A DNA stretch of 64,000 bases, taken from Minisyncoccota bacterium. Its GTDB lineage: Bacteria > Patescibacteriota > Minisyncoccia > Phycocordibacterales > PALSA-1337. Shown piece after piece: positions 62,184 to 64,000 of the stretch. Made by a program: the position numbers and the translations under genes. The stretch is taken from the NCBI GenBank assembly GCA_036517115.1, contig DATDYB010000005.1:18970-82969 (forward strand). Reading direction: 5' to 3'. Numbering within the stretch: position 1 is the stretch's first letter; each line of letters begins with the position of its first letter. The notes under the pieces were generated by a model, which did no database searches, had not been told where the DNA came from, and saw nothing but the letters and a program-made list of their open reading frames with translations.

Positions 62184-63572
62184 TTATTTACCGGCGAACG
62201 CTTTGTCCACCATTTTCTCTAACATCGCGATGTTAGATGTGTTACCCGCTTTTACGTAACTTTGATTATGGGGGATTCTATCCCCGTACTCACACCGCCA
62301 ATTTGCAGTAAGTACTTTGTTAAGTGAGCACCGGACGATGTCACATAACTCTTCCTTAGTTAGCAGAGAGCGTGCCACATTCGGCGTCGTGGTGCTCCCG
62401 TTCAAGAGCATATCCTCGTGGCGATACCACATCTCCAGGCTTGGAACGCTGCCCTGCACACATAATTTCTCAAATGGCGGGAGGTTCGCAAGAGGAATGC
62501 GACGTTTGATCGCCTCCGCTGTCCGCACCATACTGACGAGCGTGTCGATAGAGAGACGTCTCTCCCTGACGAGCTTGTCGTTACGGTTCAAGGATATCAT
62601 GGTGTTTCCCGCACTATTCCTTTGGATCACTACCCCCACGTATCCACCACTCCCTGAACGGGCGGCACTGCTGACCTGCTGGCTGTCTGACTCTATATAT
62701 AGCATAGTCAAGCCTCCCGAGTGGTTGTTGATCTGAACATCTCGAAAGACGCCTTTTGTATTTATCTCATCAACAGTTTCCCAATGTTTAACATTCTTGT
62801 TGTACATGTCGATCAATACAAAGGCCACCCAATTGTCGACCCCAGCAAATCCTGATTTTATCAAGACCTTCCGTAAGTGCGCTAGCTCGGTCAAATACAT
62901 GTCTGAGCGTGACTCAGAATCTTTGACCATTTCCTTTGTCGCGAGATACGCCTTTCCTTTATGAGACTCTGCCGGCGCCTTGTCCCACCCTTGGGACACC
63001 GCCAATCGCTCGTAAATGTCCGAGAGGCCTGTTGGGTCAACCGTTGTAGCGATTTGTTCCGCCCCTGTTTCCCAGAGCGCGTCATACGCAGTCGTGGCCC
63101 ATTCTATCACCATGTACATTTTTTTGTACTCCCCCTCTTTATCAGGGTTCTGGCTGTACCGCACTTTGATCAGTGTGGGGAGTTGTGTAGGCCACACCTT
63201 ATCAGACTGATCACAGTGATACACTTCCTCCAGTAAGGGTTTAAGCATAGGATCCGTATCGAGTCCCAACACCTTTGCCGTTAGAGTGAAGGAGCAATCT
63301 CTTGGTTTAACTCGCACCCCATCTATCATGGTGTGTTCGTCGAGGTCGCCCGCACCCACCCCCACAGCAAGCATTCCTGTCTTAAGGAGTGCCTCTGCCG
63401 TGAGACCGCGGGGTAGCTTCCCGTCGTTGATGAAATACACCGGTGCTTTTTCGACACCAGGATATACGTCACCCCCTTTTTTTCGGAGCGCTAGAAACGA
63501 AATGATTTCGTCCCCGTGAGGCTTCAAATGTGTCACCAACTGCTTAACTGAATGTTGAGCTCTAGTTGTCAT
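62184..63572 (-). CDS. hypothetical protein
   Basis: ORF 62184-63683. Likely start MTTRAQHSV at about 63572. No recognisable motif. Confidence 0.4.
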   Translation of the reverse strand: MTTRAQHSVKQLVTHLKPHGDEIISFLALRKKGGDVYPGVEKAPVYFINDGKLPRGLTAEALLKTGMLAVGVGAGDLDEHTMIDGVRVKPRDCSFTLTAKVLGLDTDPMLKPLLEEVYHCDQSDKVWPTQLPTLIKVRYSQNPDKEGEYKKMYMVIEWATTAYDALWETGAEQIATTVDPTGLSDIYERLAVSQGWDKAPAESHKGKAYLATKEMVKDSESRSDMYLTELAHLRKVLIKSGFAGVDNWVAFVLIDMYNKNVKHWETVDEINTKGVFRDVQINNHSGGLTMLYIESDSQQVSSAARSGSGGYVGVVIQRNSAGNTMISLNRNDKLVRERRLSIDTLVSMVRTAEAIKRRIPLANLPPFEKLCVQGSVPSLEMWYRHEDMLLNGSTTTPNVARSLLTKEELCDIVRCSLNKVLTANWRCEYGDRIPHNQSYVKAGNTSNIAMLEKMVDKAFAGK

Positions 63573-63680
63573 TACTATCCTTTCTTTTCTGTTGTTAAGG
63601 TACTTTGATCCTTGGCGCTGGGCCTTGGAATACCTTGGTTTTCTGATGTAAATTATAGCATAAACAGACCAATAAGTCAA

Positions 63681-63722
63681 CAAAAAGAAGACCCTGGAAA
63701 GAAGCCTCTTTCCAGGGTCTTC
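63681..63722 (-). terminator. intrinsic terminator: 15-bp perfect stem GAAGACCCTGGAAAG / CTTTCCAGGGTCTTC followed by T5 on the minus strand
   Basis: Read directly. Downstream of the pyruvate kinase gene. Confidence 0.6.
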
Positions 63723-63739
63723 TTCGACCGGCTGAATTA

Positions 63740-64000
63740 CTAGATGGTCTCCACAAGCACCATGTTGGTGTCCCCACCCTCACCTAACGGCATTGCTGCC
63801 GCAAGGACAAAACGATCACCTTTATTCGCAATCTTATGCTTCTGCAAATATTTCTTTATCTCAGGCAACGCTTCACGCACCCCAATAAATTTTTCGGTCT
63901 TAACTGCTGTACAGCCAAATGTCAGGAGCATCTGTCGACATGTTTTTTCATACGGCGTAAACACATAGACATCCTGTGTTGGTTTGTACCTAGCGATCAT
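63740..64000 (-). CDS. pyk: pyruvate kinase, C-terminal domain (gene continues beyond window end)
   Basis: ...IARYKPTQDVYVFTPYEKTCRQMLLTFGCTAV...GDRFVLAAAMPLGEGGDTNMVLVETI matches the Pyk C-terminal alpha/beta domain. The Met in the track is internal. Confidence 0.7.
   Translation of the reverse strand: MIARYKPTQDVYVFTPYEKTCRQMLLTFGCTAVKTEKFIGVREALPEIKKYLQKHKIANKGDRFVLAAAMPLGEGGDTNMVLVETI

Overview
This is a gene-dense 64 kb window of roughly 48% GC, with most genes on the minus strand. Contents as read from the sequence: (1) a very large cell-envelope glycan biosynthesis region (1-47 kb) with about 18 glycosyltransferases (GT4 x9, polyprenyl-phosphate GT2 x4, PMT/ArnT-like GT39/83 x2, one Capsule_synth KpsS/KpsC-like, MraY), sugar-nucleotide pathway genes (RfbA-like, RfbB, FdtA-like ketoisomerase, DegT aminotransferase, Gmd, an epimerase, a NeuB-like synthase fused to a UGM-like flavoprotein, a CMP-sugar cytidylyltransferase), several SAM methyltransferases, AsnB, a split transketolase and an ABC exporter. 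(2) A complete diversity-generating retroelement (RT, Avd, template repeat, variable repeat and target gene) at 23.1-25.7 kb, embedded in that locus. (3) Peptidoglycan and housekeeping genes at 52-64 kb (RsmI, MraY, RlmH, Mpl/MurC-like, MurD, pyruvate kinase). (4) Two families of intergenic A-run/hairpin/T-run palindromic elements with conserved cores and compensatory outer stems, a recurrent 'AACACCGAGTGTT' palindrome, and an ~83 bp direct repeat flanking mraY. No rRNA, tRNA or CRISPR array was found by eye. The gene content (many GTs, small genes, DGR, minimal Mur set) is compatible with an uncultivated, possibly CPR-like, bacterium, but that is inference. All protein calls are from motif recognition in the supplied translations; no database search was run.
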